A stretch of DNA of 64,000 bases, from the NCBI GenBank assembly GCA_045613925.1, contig JAZLBV010000009.1, forward strand, positions 26,554 through 90,553, written 5' to 3'. Under the pieces are notes generated by a model. It worked only from the letters and a program-made list of their open reading frames with translations, did no database searches and was not told the origin of the DNA. The DNA is from Candidatus Enterousia sp. Its GTDB lineage: Bacteria > Pseudomonadota > Alphaproteobacteria > Rs-D84. Position 1 is the stretch's first letter. Every line of letters starts with the position of its first letter. A program made the position numbers and the translations under genes. This document shows, in pieces, positions 25,561 through 36,303 of the stretch.

Positions 25561-28071
25561 TTACATTTTAATATCTTCACACACAGGATCTTTTGTATCC
25601 GCAGTGCACGACATATTTCTGTTATTATGGAACCAAGATACCGAACCTGTCGTCTTGCAAGAATTAGTTGTTATAACACGACAGATATGACATATTCTGG
25701 TTTCACGATCAAACGTAGATGTCACATCTTTCACCACAGTACCTAAATCAGATGCACCACTTCCACCCAAATACGCTTTGTTTTCAAATGTTCCTGCCGA
25801 AGACGTAGAAGTCCCCGCACCACCTTGAACCAAATCAGCAGTGGTCAGACCTGCACCAACTTCATAAGAAATCGAATACGGCGCAACTAACGGTGTCTGT
25901 TCATTGATAGAATTAGCCAAACTAACCCCTGTTTCGCCAGCCGCTATCTTATTACACATATATTGTGCAATATCAGTAGATGCGTTTTGTGTTGCTTCTG
26001 AAATCGCAGTATTTATCTTTTTGTTATAGTTATCCTGTGCTTTACGCAACGCAGCCATAGCAATCATCACACGATATTGATTCAACAACTTTGGTGTTCG
26101 TGCTTCTGTCATTTCTGTTTTATTTTTCTTAGTTTTTCCTTTGATTTGCGACAAATCACGTCCAGTAATACAATATTGAATCTTTTGATCCGATTCAATC
26201 AAAGATATTGTTCTGTTAATCGAACCAGCGATATTATTCAATTCATCTTCAATAGAAGTAATAATCGCATCGGCATCTTTGACACCTTTATTTTTCTTTT
26301 TAATTTGCGCGATATAATCTTGAACACCAATTTCACCAGGTGCCAAAACCTTATCACCATCTTTGACAGTTCCTGCGGCATCACCCATCTTTATATTACC
26401 AAACGAAATCATTCCAGTCACACGATACGTCGCACCGTCTTTCTGGGATTTAACTGACGACGTTCCGATATATTCATCAGTCGCAAAAGAATTACAATCG
26501 GTCGTAGAACCACACAATTCAACCATTTTTTCTTCTGCCAGATTCTGACAATTTTCAAGTGCTTTGTTATCTATGTTCAAATATAACCCCATCAACATAG
26601 AATCCAAATCAGACATTTTGAAATCAGGATTTGCCTGTTTGCAAACTACCAATTTATCAATTGGACAAATATCGTGAATATAATTGAAATCCATACCAAT
26701 ACAATTCATAAAATCTGGACCGCATCTGTCTTCGGATGTAAAGCAATCTTTGACTTCTTTGGTACACGCATCAACACGCATAGCCGCTAATTTACTTTTC
26801 ACATAATCCCAAATTTGTGGTTCCATACGTTCACACGGATCCAATTGAATCTTACAAAAAGACCGTGCCATCTCAGGCCGTGCCAAACACGCATCCATAG
26901 TTGCAACGCCCTTGCCTTCTATATCATCTTTACAAGCTGTTTGAATACACGCAGAAATATCACCCAAACAAGATTGACGTTTTTTTGATTCTACGTTTTG
27001 TTCAGCCAAACGAATAGTCGGCGCAGCTTCACGTAAAAAATCATCCCAAATATAATTACGCACCGCAACACAGCTGTCTAAAACCTTCTCACAAATGAAA
27101 CGTTTCGCCTCTAAGATTTCCATAGTAGATGCAGTAATATCATATACATTGATTGTTGCAACTTTCGTTCCAACAACACTTGTCGATGCATTGTTTTGCA
27201 TATTTTCAGATGCAATTGTGAACACACAATTACCCCAATCAGAACCGCACGCATCTTCGCTTTTCATACATTTTTTGTATTCAACCATACAGGTACCACG
27301 ATCGTATTTGTTGGATTCTTCTAAACTTTCCTTTAACGCTGCACGCACATCAGCATTCGCAGACGCATATATAGATTTTGCCTCAGACAACTTTTGTTGC
27401 ACACTATTCGCCAAACCTTTGCAATCAGAAACAATTTGACGAGAATACATCTGGGTCAACAAAGACAAATCTTTATCACAAGATTTATCTAATTGCTCTT
27501 TACACAATCTATGCGCAGCACTATACAAAGAACTTCCTGTTTTCGAAGCGATACCAGATAACAAATCTTCATCGTCTTCGTCATCATATTCTTCATCGTA
27601 ATCTTCATCATAAAGCGATGACCACATAGTAGATTTTATATCTTTTTTATTTTTCGTAGCGTTCGTCGCGATAACATTATTGGTTTCATCATATTCTCTG
27701 GTGCCTTGGAAAATAATGTCAGCATTTGCACCCGCCTGAACTTTTTCAACTTCTTCTGTGCGAATACGTTCCGCCTCTGACAACATATGTTGTATTTGTG
27801 TCAAAGCCGATTCATATTGCGCTATCTCATCGCTGCAATTGCACGATCCACCCATTTCATTATCAACGATACAAAATTGATCCATACAACTGTAATAAGA
27901 ATCATAACAATTCTGGTCGTAAATTCCCTTAGCATCCGTTCTGGCACGCACTTTGGTTCCCAAATTAATTGCAGCTTGTTTTTTTGTCGCTTTGGCTGCA
28001 AAAGAATCACCTGTTCCAACGAACACAGCTAACAATCCAACAACAAAACCAAAATTTAATATTTTTCTCAT
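25561..28071 (-). CDS. Large secreted Cys-rich protein, paralogue P1 of the CMDxFC family (unknown function)
   Basis: Start moved to the ATG at 28071 (SD ggaga). Signal peptide MRKILNFGFVVGLLAVFVGTGDSFA. Conserved block NCYDSYYSCMDQFCIVDNEMGGSCNCSD. Acidic patch DEDYDEEYDDEDDEDLL. Many spaced Cys. Homologous along its length to the 46286..49339 protein. Confidence 0.85.
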   Translation of the reverse strand: MRKILNFGFVVGLLAVFVGTGDSFAAKATKKQAAINLGTKVRARTDAKGIYDQNCYDSYYSCMDQFCIVDNEMGGSCNCSDEIAQYESALTQIQHMLSEAERIRTEEVEKVQAGANADIIFQGTREYDETNNVIATNATKNKKDIKSTMWSSLYDEDYDEEYDDEDDEDLLSGIASKTGSSLYSAAHRLCKEQLDKSCDKDLSLLTQMYSRQIVSDCKGLANSVQQKLSEAKSIYASANADVRAALKESLEESNKYDRGTCMVEYKKCMKSEDACGSDWGNCVFTIASENMQNNASTSVVGTKVATINVYDITASTMEILEAKRFICEKVLDSCVAVRNYIWDDFLREAAPTIRLAEQNVESKKRQSCLGDISACIQTACKDDIEGKGVATMDACLARPEMARSFCKIQLDPCERMEPQIWDYVKSKLAAMRVDACTKEVKDCFTSEDRCGPDFMNCIGMDFNYIHDICPIDKLVVCKQANPDFKMSDLDSMLMGLYLNIDNKALENCQNLAEEKMVELCGSTTDCNSFATDEYIGTSSVKSQKDGATYRVTGMISFGNIKMGDAAGTVKDGDKVLAPGEIGVQDYIAQIKKKNKGVKDADAIITSIEDELNNIAGSINRTISLIESDQKIQYCITGRDLSQIKGKTKKNKTEMTEARTPKLLNQYRVMIAMAALRKAQDNYNKKINTAISEATQNASTDIAQYMCNKIAAGETGVSLANSINEQTPLVAPYSISYEVGAGLTTADLVQGGAGTSTSSAGTFENKAYLGGSGASDLGTVVKDVTSTFDRETRICHICRVITTNSCKTTGSVSWFHNNRNMSCTADTKDPVCEDIKM

Positions 28072-28085
28072 TTTTTTCTCCACTA

Positions 28086-30281
28086 TTACATATTTATATC
28101 TTCACAGGATTCAATTTCCTGACAGAATTCTTCTTTGCCACCAGACATATAACCCAACACACCGGCCCCCACAGCACCAACAACACCACCAATTGCAGTA
28201 CCCCAACCAGCGCTCAACATAGTGCCTGTAGATGCCCCCGCAGACAATCCACCTGCTGCAGATTTCAACGCAGACGACGCCTTAGATTCACCCCCGGTTT
28301 CGCAAACTTGTTGAATGCGACAAACGTGGCAATTACGCAAATCCGATTCGAATGATACAGTATGTATATAACTGTAATTGCTCTTGGAATCTTTCGGTGT
28401 TTCCGGTTTATAAGTATTCAAACACGTTTTCCGTGCAGTTTCGACGTCTTTTTGACGAGTTAATTCTGCAATCTTAGAATCTAATTCACGCAAATTACGA
28501 TTTTCAGCAGACATCTTTGCCAACAATTTCGCAGTATTAAACACACTTATACCCATCGATTGCTTTCCTTTGACCTTTTTCGCTGGAACACTTTGAGAAT
28601 CCGAACACGCAGCCACAGTTTTTTCCTGTTCAAACTGTTTAAAGAATTCTTCAACCGACGCATCGGAATTTGCGATAACTGTATTACGCAAATCAGATAA
28701 ACCTTCGGCTGTATCTGGCAATTCAACCAAAGATTCAACCGCAGCATCAATCGGCAAACACGCCATATCTGTACCACAAACTTTTGACAGCTGTGTATCA
28801 AAATAATTTATACAACCCTGCAGCATCTGATAATCCATCTGTAATAACACAGATTGCACAATTACATCATACTGCTTTGCACCTTTGCACGATGGGAACA
28901 TATCTTGCGGACAAAGCGATGCAATTTCATAAGGTTTTTTCCCGACACATTCTGCCTTGGTAAAATCGACACCACATTTATCTTGTAAACATTTATCAAC
29001 ATCGTTTTCACAGAATTTTGTCTGTAAATATTTCAGTTTATCATTAACAACCACTTGCAAGCCTGGGATTTTCGCATCACATTCTGTGATAACAGGACAA
29101 ATTCCCGCTGCAACATTGACATCAACCAAACATTCAGAATTCGCCGATGTTGAACAACCTTCTTCCAAACAATCCTGAATCCGTGCTAAACAAGTTTGGC
29201 GTTCATATTTATCAGCATACTTTTCTGCTTCCTTTAAAACACTTTTAGATTCTGCCGCCCAATCTTGTTTAACATATTCACTTACCGCCATACACTGATC
29301 CAAAATATTTTCACACGCATTAGAACGACGCGCCAGTAATTTTGCATCTAAACAATTTTCAAAATTTACACCACAACCACCCTTGTCAGAAATGCAAGAA
29401 CGATACGCCAACAAACATTCACCACGGTTGTATTTGTTCGTAGTATCTAACATCTCTAAACGCGCCTTGCGCACAGCAGATTCAGCAATACGCTTATTAG
29501 ATTCTGCATTTGCTTTCTGATCTTTTAAATACGCATCATAACTTTTGCAATCTTGCGCAATCATACGCGTATAAAGTATGGTTTCCATTTCCGCCTTAGA
29601 TGCACAAGATTCCAACTCAGACGCGCAATATTTCGCCGCCATTTTATATAAATCATCACCCAATGTAACGTCTTCGCCAACATCTACATCTTCATCATCA
29701 TAATCTTCTTCATCAGCACCCAGCCACGACATAAAATCAGCAACTGAAACCTTGGTATTATTTGTATTTTCAGCAAACACCAACCGCGCCTTAGCACCCA
29801 GTTGTTCACGTTCAACACCTTCGGTAAATAATTTGTCTGCTTCTTCTTGAATTTTTAACACAGCCTGTATCTTGCTTCGCGCCAAATCTATGTTATCAGA
29901 ACACGCACAACGTTCACCCTGGCTTTCATCTAACAAACAAAATTGATCCATACAATCACGATATGCATCCCGACAATCCCCGGATTTTTCAGCAACAACT
30001 TCTTCCTTTGGCGTTTCAGCAACAGGTTCCACAACAGACTCTTCAACAACCACCGATTCTGCCGGCTTTGATTCAGTCGTACTGACCGCCTGGGTTGTGA
30101 TTGCTTTTATACCAGATACAGCCTTAACATCCGCAGCCGTTACCACGGGCATACGCGTTCCGCCAGTACTGGGTCGACCAAACCCAATACGCGCAGCATC
30201 CCCACGCGACGTAGCCCCAAATGCAGACATCGATACCGAAAACACACTAAACAGTGCCACAAAAATATTAAATTTTTTCAT
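28086..30281 (-). CDS. Large secreted Cys-rich protein, paralogue P2 of the CMDxFC family, with a C-terminal glycine-zipper segment
   Basis: Signal peptide MKKFNIFVALFSVFSVSMSAFG. Conserved block DCRDAYRDCMDQFCLLDESQGERCACSD. NKYNRGEC block. C-terminal GWGTAIGGVVGAVGAGVLGYMSGG and terminal CEDINM. Lies 14 nt upstream of P1. Confidence 0.85.
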   Translation of the reverse strand: MKKFNIFVALFSVFSVSMSAFGATSRGDAARIGFGRPSTGGTRMPVVTAADVKAVSGIKAITTQAVSTTESKPAESVVVEESVVEPVAETPKEEVVAEKSGDCRDAYRDCMDQFCLLDESQGERCACSDNIDLARSKIQAVLKIQEEADKLFTEGVEREQLGAKARLVFAENTNNTKVSVADFMSWLGADEEDYDDEDVDVGEDVTLGDDLYKMAAKYCASELESCASKAEMETILYTRMIAQDCKSYDAYLKDQKANAESNKRIAESAVRKARLEMLDTTNKYNRGECLLAYRSCISDKGGCGVNFENCLDAKLLARRSNACENILDQCMAVSEYVKQDWAAESKSVLKEAEKYADKYERQTCLARIQDCLEEGCSTSANSECLVDVNVAAGICPVITECDAKIPGLQVVVNDKLKYLQTKFCENDVDKCLQDKCGVDFTKAECVGKKPYEIASLCPQDMFPSCKGAKQYDVIVQSVLLQMDYQMLQGCINYFDTQLSKVCGTDMACLPIDAAVESLVELPDTAEGLSDLRNTVIANSDASVEEFFKQFEQEKTVAACSDSQSVPAKKVKGKQSMGISVFNTAKLLAKMSAENRNLRELDSKIAELTRQKDVETARKTCLNTYKPETPKDSKSNYSYIHTVSFESDLRNCHVCRIQQVCETGGESKASSALKSAAGGLSAGASTGTMLSAGWGTAIGGVVGAVGAGVLGYMSGGKEEFCQEIESCEDINM

Positions 30282-30413
30282 AATGATACATTCCTACATT
30301 ATGTGATGATTTTATCAAAAAACCATTTGTATTGCAAGCGAATAAAAACTTCTTGCAATTTAAACCAATGATTAATATCATAGGAAAAACTTAAACAAAC
30401 AGGATTTTGACAT

Positions 30414-30665
30414 ATGGCAAAAGATGATGTAATTGTTTTTTCTGGGACCGTCGAAGAAAGATTACCAAACACTATGTTTCGTGTTCGTTTGGAAAACGGT
30501 CATATGATATTGGCAACAATGTGTGGCAAAATGCGCAAAGCACGTATTTGGGTCAATACCGGTGAAAAGGTTCATGTTGAAATGACACCGTACGATTTGG
30601 ACAAGGGTCGAATAACATTTGTTGAACGCACGCACGCAACAAACGAAAACCAATCTCAGAATTAA
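30414..30665 (+). CDS. infA: Translation initiation factor IF-1
   Basis: [69 protein letters not shown] is typical IF-1, with a short extra C-terminal tail. Confidence 0.95.
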   Translation: MAKDDVIVFSGTVEERLPNTMFRVRLENGHMILATMCGKMRKARIWVNTGEKVHVEMTPYDLDKGRITFVERTHATNENQSQN

Positions 30666-30695
30666 AAAAACCACATAATGTGGTTTTTTATTTTT
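30665..30695 (+). terminator. Rho-independent terminator after infA
   Basis: Stem aaccac/gtggtt, 5-nt loop, followed by a T-run. Confidence 0.7.
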
Positions 30696-30766
30696 GTTTT
30701 TTTGTAAAATACCCTTGCCTAAAATATCGTATTTTTGATATTATTATTTAGAAGTAAAGAAAAGGG

Positions 30767-33094
30767 ATGAGAAAAATACTATCGATTTTTCTGGGTCTAT
30801 GTTTTTGCATTGGCATTGCCAACGGTGCAACGCGTACCCAAAACGCCCTTACCCGAACAGACACAAATAATACATCCACGCGACAATCTGCGAACATACA
30901 AAAAACAAACTCTTCACGTGCACTAACAACACGCGCCGCAACAAACACGACAAATAACACACAAAAAAGAACTACTGCACGCAATACGGCAAAAAAAAGT
31001 GTATCTTCACGCACTGCAACAAACGCGCGCAACAATGTAATCTCGCGGACGGCGATACGACCAAATCGAATTTCGCGCGCAACATCAACATCTGGAACCA
31101 AAACAAAAACTTTTGGTGATAATTATAACGCGTGCAGAGACACATACTTTACGTGTATGGATTTATTCTGTGCAAACCAAAATGACCAATACAGAAGATG
31201 TGTATGTTCTTCACGATTAACAGAAATTCAAAACCAGGAAAAATCTTTGTCTCAAACATCCGATAGTTTGAAAGATTTTCATAATCTGAATATCGAAGTT
31301 ATTGATAAAACAGCAGCAGAGGTAAAATCTATGGTTTCTGCATCTGATGGCGAAAAGGCGATGAAAAAGAAAGGGAAATCCGACGGAACCGGAACATTGG
31401 CAAACATATCAGATGTTTTGAAAACAACAAAACAAAAATCTTTATCAACAGGTGGCACTTTGGACATCGCCGGCGATATAAAATCAATATGGTCCACCAC
31501 TGATTTGATTGGTGGTTCTGATATTGCAAATTTAACAGGCGAATCCTTGTATAATGCAGTTCACGCACAATGTTCTGAAATAGCCGCCCAAAATTGCAGC
31601 GCCAGTGATTTAAAAATGATAATTTCTGCATACGGAATGTACATAGAAAACGATTGTTCATTGCTTGCAAACAATCTTGATAAAAAAACAACAGAAGCAA
31701 ACGCGGCCATACGCACAACCAGACACCAGATGCAAGATGCCAGATTAGAAAATTATGACGCGCATAATTCGCTTACTCTTAACGACTGTATTGCCCGTGT
31801 CCGCCAGGATTTAACCGCGTCAACGGCGTGCGGCGAAGGCTATGTCCACTGTCTTGATTTTACTGGCAAATATATTAATTCAACAACTGGCGAACCAATA
31901 TATTCACCTGATTTTTATCAAATAGAAAATCAGTTATCTTTGTCTGGGGATATTTTAAAAAATACAAAAAATACATCATTTGTAAAAATGTTAGATAAAA
32001 AACGCATTTATGCAAAGAATTCTTTGGATTTATGCACTGATGATGCAGATTATGTATGGAACGAATTTTTACGCCAGGCTGTCGTTGAAATTTATCAGGC
32101 ACAACAACAAGCTGTTCAAAAAGTAAAATCAGACTGTCTTGGTGTGGTAAATCAATGTTATTTGAAACAATCTGATACATTAAAAGAATTTTCAGATAAT
32201 TCATATCAAATATTATTGGGCCAGGCATTAGAATTATCCGAAGAATTATGTTCTGAAAAATTGTCTACTTGCAGCAATCTATACGGCGGTGGTCCCGAAG
32301 GATTGGCATTATTAGTCAACACGCTTGCAGGAATCACAGATAAAGCAATTGCGCAAACTTGTCCAGATTTATTAACGAAATTTGCACAAAAAATCTGTGC
32401 GGTACCTGCAAATGATTCTAATCATATGTATCCTTATGGCTGTCGTGTTTATGCACCTGGTGAATCAAGATACGCCCGCGTTGACGTGTGTAATACAACA
32501 TTGGTAAATCCTTTTTCAAAATCTGATATTTTAAGCACAAAAACAAGTGATATCTATAACACTTACTATACTTGTCCGAATGCAAACATCAGATACAAAA
32601 GCTGTGAATTTAATTATTATTTATATAACAGACCGAACGAATCCACAGAATGCAACGATACAAACAATTGGTGTTATAACGAAAACTTTGCAACAGAATG
32701 TCGTATATGTCCATCCGGTTATCTTTGCACAGGTGAAACTGCAGAACCAAAAAATCTTGATAAAAACTTATACGATTCTTGCGGACTTTACTACATAGGC
32801 AGTTTATATCAACAAATGGTTATATATGCATTGCAAAATTGCACGCGTCCGTCAAATGATGATACCGTATTACCAGAATCAATATTGGCCGACGTTGATA
32901 TAGTGATGAAACAGGTTCAATCATCACTTATATCCGGATTAGCAGCTGAATGCGACAAACAAAATGGTATATGGGTTGAATTGCCCTGGACGGACGAGAA
33001 TATGGATGGGTATCACGACATAACTGGGGATGTATTGTTAAAAGAATTCTATACATCAACTGGAACAAATAAACTTTGGGGATATTGTAAATAA
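30767..33094 (+). CDS. Large secreted Cys-rich protein, paralogue P3 of the CMDxFC family
   Basis: Signal peptide MRKILSIFLGLCFCIGIANG. About 100 aa of basic Thr/Ala/Arg/Asn low-complexity sequence. Conserved block ACRDTYFTCMDLFCANQNDQYRRCVCSS. Cys-rich remainder, including ECRICPSGYLC. Confidence 0.85.
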   Translation: MRKILSIFLGLCFCIGIANGATRTQNALTRTDTNNTSTRQSANIQKTNSSRALTTRAATNTTNNTQKRTTARNTAKKSVSSRTATNARNNVISRTAIRPNRISRATSTSGTKTKTFGDNYNACRDTYFTCMDLFCANQNDQYRRCVCSSRLTEIQNQEKSLSQTSDSLKDFHNLNIEVIDKTAAEVKSMVSASDGEKAMKKKGKSDGTGTLANISDVLKTTKQKSLSTGGTLDIAGDIKSIWSTTDLIGGSDIANLTGESLYNAVHAQCSEIAAQNCSASDLKMIISAYGMYIENDCSLLANNLDKKTTEANAAIRTTRHQMQDARLENYDAHNSLTLNDCIARVRQDLTASTACGEGYVHCLDFTGKYINSTTGEPIYSPDFYQIENQLSLSGDILKNTKNTSFVKMLDKKRIYAKNSLDLCTDDADYVWNEFLRQAVVEIYQAQQQAVQKVKSDCLGVVNQCYLKQSDTLKEFSDNSYQILLGQALELSEELCSEKLSTCSNLYGGGPEGLALLVNTLAGITDKAIAQTCPDLLTKFAQKICAVPANDSNHMYPYGCRVYAPGESRYARVDVCNTTLVNPFSKSDILSTKTSDIYNTYYTCPNANIRYKSCEFNYYLYNRPNESTECNDTNNWCYNENFATECRICPSGYLCTGETAEPKNLDKNLYDSCGLYYIGSLYQQMVIYALQNCTRPSNDDTVLPESILADVDIVMKQVQSSLISGLAAECDKQNGIWVELPWTDENMDGYHDITGDVLLKEFYTSTGTNKLWGYCK

Positions 33095-33127
33095 AAAAGC
33101 CCAAAATAATTTCGGGCTTTTTTTCTT
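33095..33127. terminator. Bidirectional terminator between P3 and clpX
   Basis: Stem aagccc/gggctt with an 11-nt loop, A-run before and a long T-run after. Confidence 0.6.
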
Positions 33128-33145
33128 TTTAATCACAACGAAAAA

Positions 33146-34408
33146 CTAAGCGGCTTTTTTATTTTCAGTAAATATTTCCACAGGTGCCTTTTTGCCGTTA
33201 ACAACATCTGCATCTATGACAATCTCTTGCAAACCTTTTTTATCAGGTGCTTCAAACATCGGCTGTAATAAAATCTTTTCCAATATAGAACGCAACCCAC
33301 GCGCACCGGTTTTACGTTCAACAGCCATTTTTGCAATCGCATTCAAACCGTCTTTGGTTATGTTCAATTTAATTCCGTCCATTTCCAACATGGCCGTATA
33401 TTGTTTAACTATTGCATTCTTTGGTTCAGTTAAAATTTTTACCAACGCTTTTTCGTCCAACGCTTCCAAAGTAGTAATTATTGGCAAACGACCAATTAAT
33501 TCTGGAATAATTCCAAAGCGCACCAAATCAGATGACTGCACATCGGCCAGATGATTTTGTTCTTCACGCATTTTTTTGTCTGAAACATTTGCACCAAAAC
33601 CAATCCCTGCACGCGCGCAATTACGTGCACCAATAATTTTATTCAAACCATCAAATGCACCACCACAGATAAACAAAATCTTGCTTGTATCTAATTGTAC
33701 AGTGGTTTCACCTGGATGTTTTCTTCCACCACCACCCGCAGGAACATTTGCAACAGTACCTTCTATCAACTTCAACAAAGCCTGTTGTACACCTTCGCCA
33801 GAAACATCACGTGTCAGCGACGGATTTTCAGATTTTCTTGAAATCTTATCAATTTCATCAATGTAAATAATTCCACGTTGCGCACGTTCCACATCAAAAT
33901 TGGCGTTTTGCAACAAACGCGTTAACACAGATTCTACATCGTCCCCCACATAGCCCGCTTCGGTTAAAGTGGTGGCATCAGCAATCGCAAAAGGTACATC
34001 TAATACCCGCGCCAAGGTTTGGGCGAACAAAGTCTTACCAGTTCCAGTTGGACCAATCATCAAAATATTTGATTTTTGAATTTCAACATTAGATGCAAGT
34101 GATGCGCTGTTTCTTTTATAATGATTATACACAGCCACTGCCAAAGTTCTTTTTGCTTCATCCTGTCCAATAACATATTCATTTAAAAATTTATAAATCT
34201 GGGACGGTGTCGGCAAAGACTCAGCATCACGATTTATCTGTGTTTTTTTGTCATCAGCCATAATATCATTACACAAATTTATGCATTCATCACAAATGCA
34301 AACATTACGACCACTGACTAATTTTTTAACTTCATATACAGACTTACCACAAAAACTGCAAAACTGCTGAGCATTTTCCTGTGTGTTCTGTGTTTTTTCA
34401 TCACTCAT
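33146..34408 (-). CDS. clpX: ATP-dependent Clp protease ATP-binding subunit ClpX
   Basis: N-terminal zinc-binding CSFCGK...CICDECI, Walker A GPTGTGKT, and typical ClpX sequence throughout. Confidence 0.97.
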   Translation of the reverse strand: MSDEKTQNTQENAQQFCSFCGKSVYEVKKLVSGRNVCICDECINLCNDIMADDKKTQINRDAESLPTPSQIYKFLNEYVIGQDEAKRTLAVAVYNHYKRNSASLASNVEIQKSNILMIGPTGTGKTLFAQTLARVLDVPFAIADATTLTEAGYVGDDVESVLTRLLQNANFDVERAQRGIIYIDEIDKISRKSENPSLTRDVSGEGVQQALLKLIEGTVANVPAGGGGRKHPGETTVQLDTSKILFICGGAFDGLNKIIGARNCARAGIGFGANVSDKKMREEQNHLADVQSSDLVRFGIIPELIGRLPIITTLEALDEKALVKILTEPKNAIVKQYTAMLEMDGIKLNITKDGLNAIAKMAVERKTGARGLRSILEKILLQPMFEAPDKKGLQEIVIDADVVNGKKAPVEIFTENKKAA

Positions 34409-34427
34409 TTTTAAACCCCAGAATCTT

Positions 34428-35009
34428 TTATTTGCGTGTTAAAATTCCATCAATCAGACCAAATTTCTTAGCTTCTTCTGCCTGCATCCAATTATCGCGT
34501 TCCATTGCATCAAAAACTTCTTTTTCTTTGCGACCTGTAAATTCCATCATCTGTTTTATCATTGCTTTTTTGGTATATTGAACCTCTTTCAAATAAATTT
34601 CCATATCAGTCACTTTACCTTCTGTTCCAGACGATGGCTGATGAATCATAATCTGAGCATTTGGCAAAACAAAACGTTTACCCTTTTCCCCAGCAGCCAA
34701 CAACACAGCCGCCATAGATGCAACCAACCCAATACCAATTGTAGAAACATTTGGTTTAATATATTGCATAGTGTCCATAATCGCCCACCCGGCACTAACA
34801 TCACCACCCGGAGAATTTATATATAACGAAATGTCAGCATTTGGATTTTCAGATTCCAAAAACAGCAACTGCGCAACAATTGTATTCGCCATATTGGTTT
34901 CTATAGGCCCAGAAACCATAACAATTCTGTCCCGCAAAAGGCGCGAATAAATATCAAATGAACGCTCACCCTTTGGTGATTCTTCAATAACAATAGGTAC
35001 CAACGACAT
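34428..35009 (-). CDS. clpP: ATP-dependent Clp protease proteolytic subunit ClpP
   Basis: Start moved to the ATG at 35009 ([10 protein letters not shown]...). [36 protein letters not shown] motifs. Confidence 0.95.
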   Translation of the reverse strand: MSLVPIVIEESPKGERSFDIYSRLLRDRIVMVSGPIETNMANTIVAQLLFLESENPNADISLYINSPGGDVSAGWAIMDTMQYIKPNVSTIGIGLVASMAAVLLAAGEKGKRFVLPNAQIMIHQPSSGTEGKVTDMEIYLKEVQYTKKAMIKQMMEFTGRKEKEVFDAMERDNWMQAEEAKKFGLIDGILTRK

Positions 35010-35143
35010 AATAAAATCCTTTTTATAATATTGAATCATACCATAAAACAAGCCGATTCGCCAATTTTATAGTATAAAAATAAGGAAATTTTCCATTTTT
35101 GCAAGTGTGGCGATCAAAAATCCCCATTTGAACAAAACTCAGA

Positions 35144-35722
35144 CTATTCGGTATTTTTCACATAAATCAAAGAATCACATTTGCCGACACATTTGGCCCA
35201 AGACGCCAAAGGTGATCTTTTTACCAATTTATACCCATTGCGACGCGCAACATTTTCTGAGCCAGTGTTTCCCGCATCAATATCTAAAATGATTTTATCA
35301 AACCCGAATTTGAATAATTCAGATTCCAACGCACCCAAAGCCTCGCCCATATATCCATTTCCATTTTCAGATTTAATCAACCAAAAACCTATTTCACACG
35401 CATTAGCTTTAACATCAAAAAAACGGATGCGACCAATTAAATTATTATTTTTATAAATACCAAACATAACACCTTCATTTTTAGCAATCTGTGCATACCT
35501 ATATTCTAATTGACGAAGAACGTCTTCAACATTACGCAGATATTCAAAATGCCCCTGCCACGCTTCCAGATAATCACGATTTTTTTCAATGATATCAAAA
35601 ATTATTTCTGCATTTTTTTGTGTCGGTTCAACAGCCCGCAACACTAAACGTGGGGTTTTGATATTTTTTGGAAATTGCGATAACAGCATTGCCATAATGT
35701 TATTTTTCATATTCGCTTGCAA
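35144..35722 (-). CDS. GNAT (RimJ/RimL-like) N-acetyltransferase
   Basis: TPRLVLRAVEP... N-terminus typical of RimJ/RimL-like GNATs, with a conserved core (NGNGYMGEAL). The exact start is uncertain because several Met codons are available. Confidence 0.65.
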   Translation of the reverse strand: MQANMKNNIMAMLLSQFPKNIKTPRLVLRAVEPTQKNAEIIFDIIEKNRDYLEAWQGHFEYLRNVEDVLRQLEYRYAQIAKNEGVMFGIYKNNNLIGRIRFFDVKANACEIGFWLIKSENGNGYMGEALGALESELFKFGFDKIILDIDAGNTGSENVARRNGYKLVKRSPLASWAKCVGKCDSLIYVKNTE

Positions 35723-36299
35723 GTTTTGTAAAAACTAACTGATCCATAAATGTACCGTCAGGCATCATTGTTGATGCTCGTACACAGCCATCAAGATGAA
35801 AACCGCTACTACTGATAGACTTTTGAGATTGTTTATTATCTGCCATACACTGCCGCATAATTCTATTTGCACCCAATTTCTCAAAAGCAATTTTTATTAA
35901 CAAAGACCAAATTTCTTGGTTAAAGCCTTGTTGCTGCGCGGATTTTATAAACCAAACATTTCCAGATTGCATAGATTTGTTATTATCAAAATAAAAGACA
36001 CCATGATGTCCTATCAGTTTACCATTGTAAAACACATACCACACCGCACCATTTGGAACAACATCGCGTTCTTGTTCTTGTTGCATTTGTTTTAAAGTTT
36101 CTTCCAACGATTCTGGCAATGGTTTTTTATAATCCGGGGTCCAATTAATATACTTAAAATCATCAGGATTTTCATTTTTCAAAACATCCCACACTACCTT
36201 TGCATTTTCCAATGTCGGTTCCAAAACCCGCAAATCCAAACGTTTTGTTTTCAAATTCCGTCTAAATAACTTATAAAATTTTTCCATCGTTGTTATCAT
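35700..36299 (-). CDS. GNAT (RimJ/RimL-like) N-acetyltransferase, second copy
   Basis: TKRLDLRVLEPTLENA... and the core QQQGFNQEI resemble the adjacent gene. The two ORFs overlap by 23 nt. Confidence 0.65.
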   Translation of the reverse strand: MITTMEKFYKLFRRNLKTKRLDLRVLEPTLENAKVVWDVLKNENPDDFKYINWTPDYKKPLPESLEETLKQMQQEQERDVVPNGAVWYVFYNGKLIGHHGVFYFDNNKSMQSGNVWFIKSAQQQGFNQEIWSLLIKIAFEKLGANRIMRQCMADNKQSQKSISSSGFHLDGCVRASTMMPDGTFMDQLVFTKLASEYEK

Positions 36300-36303
36300 C
36301 TAT

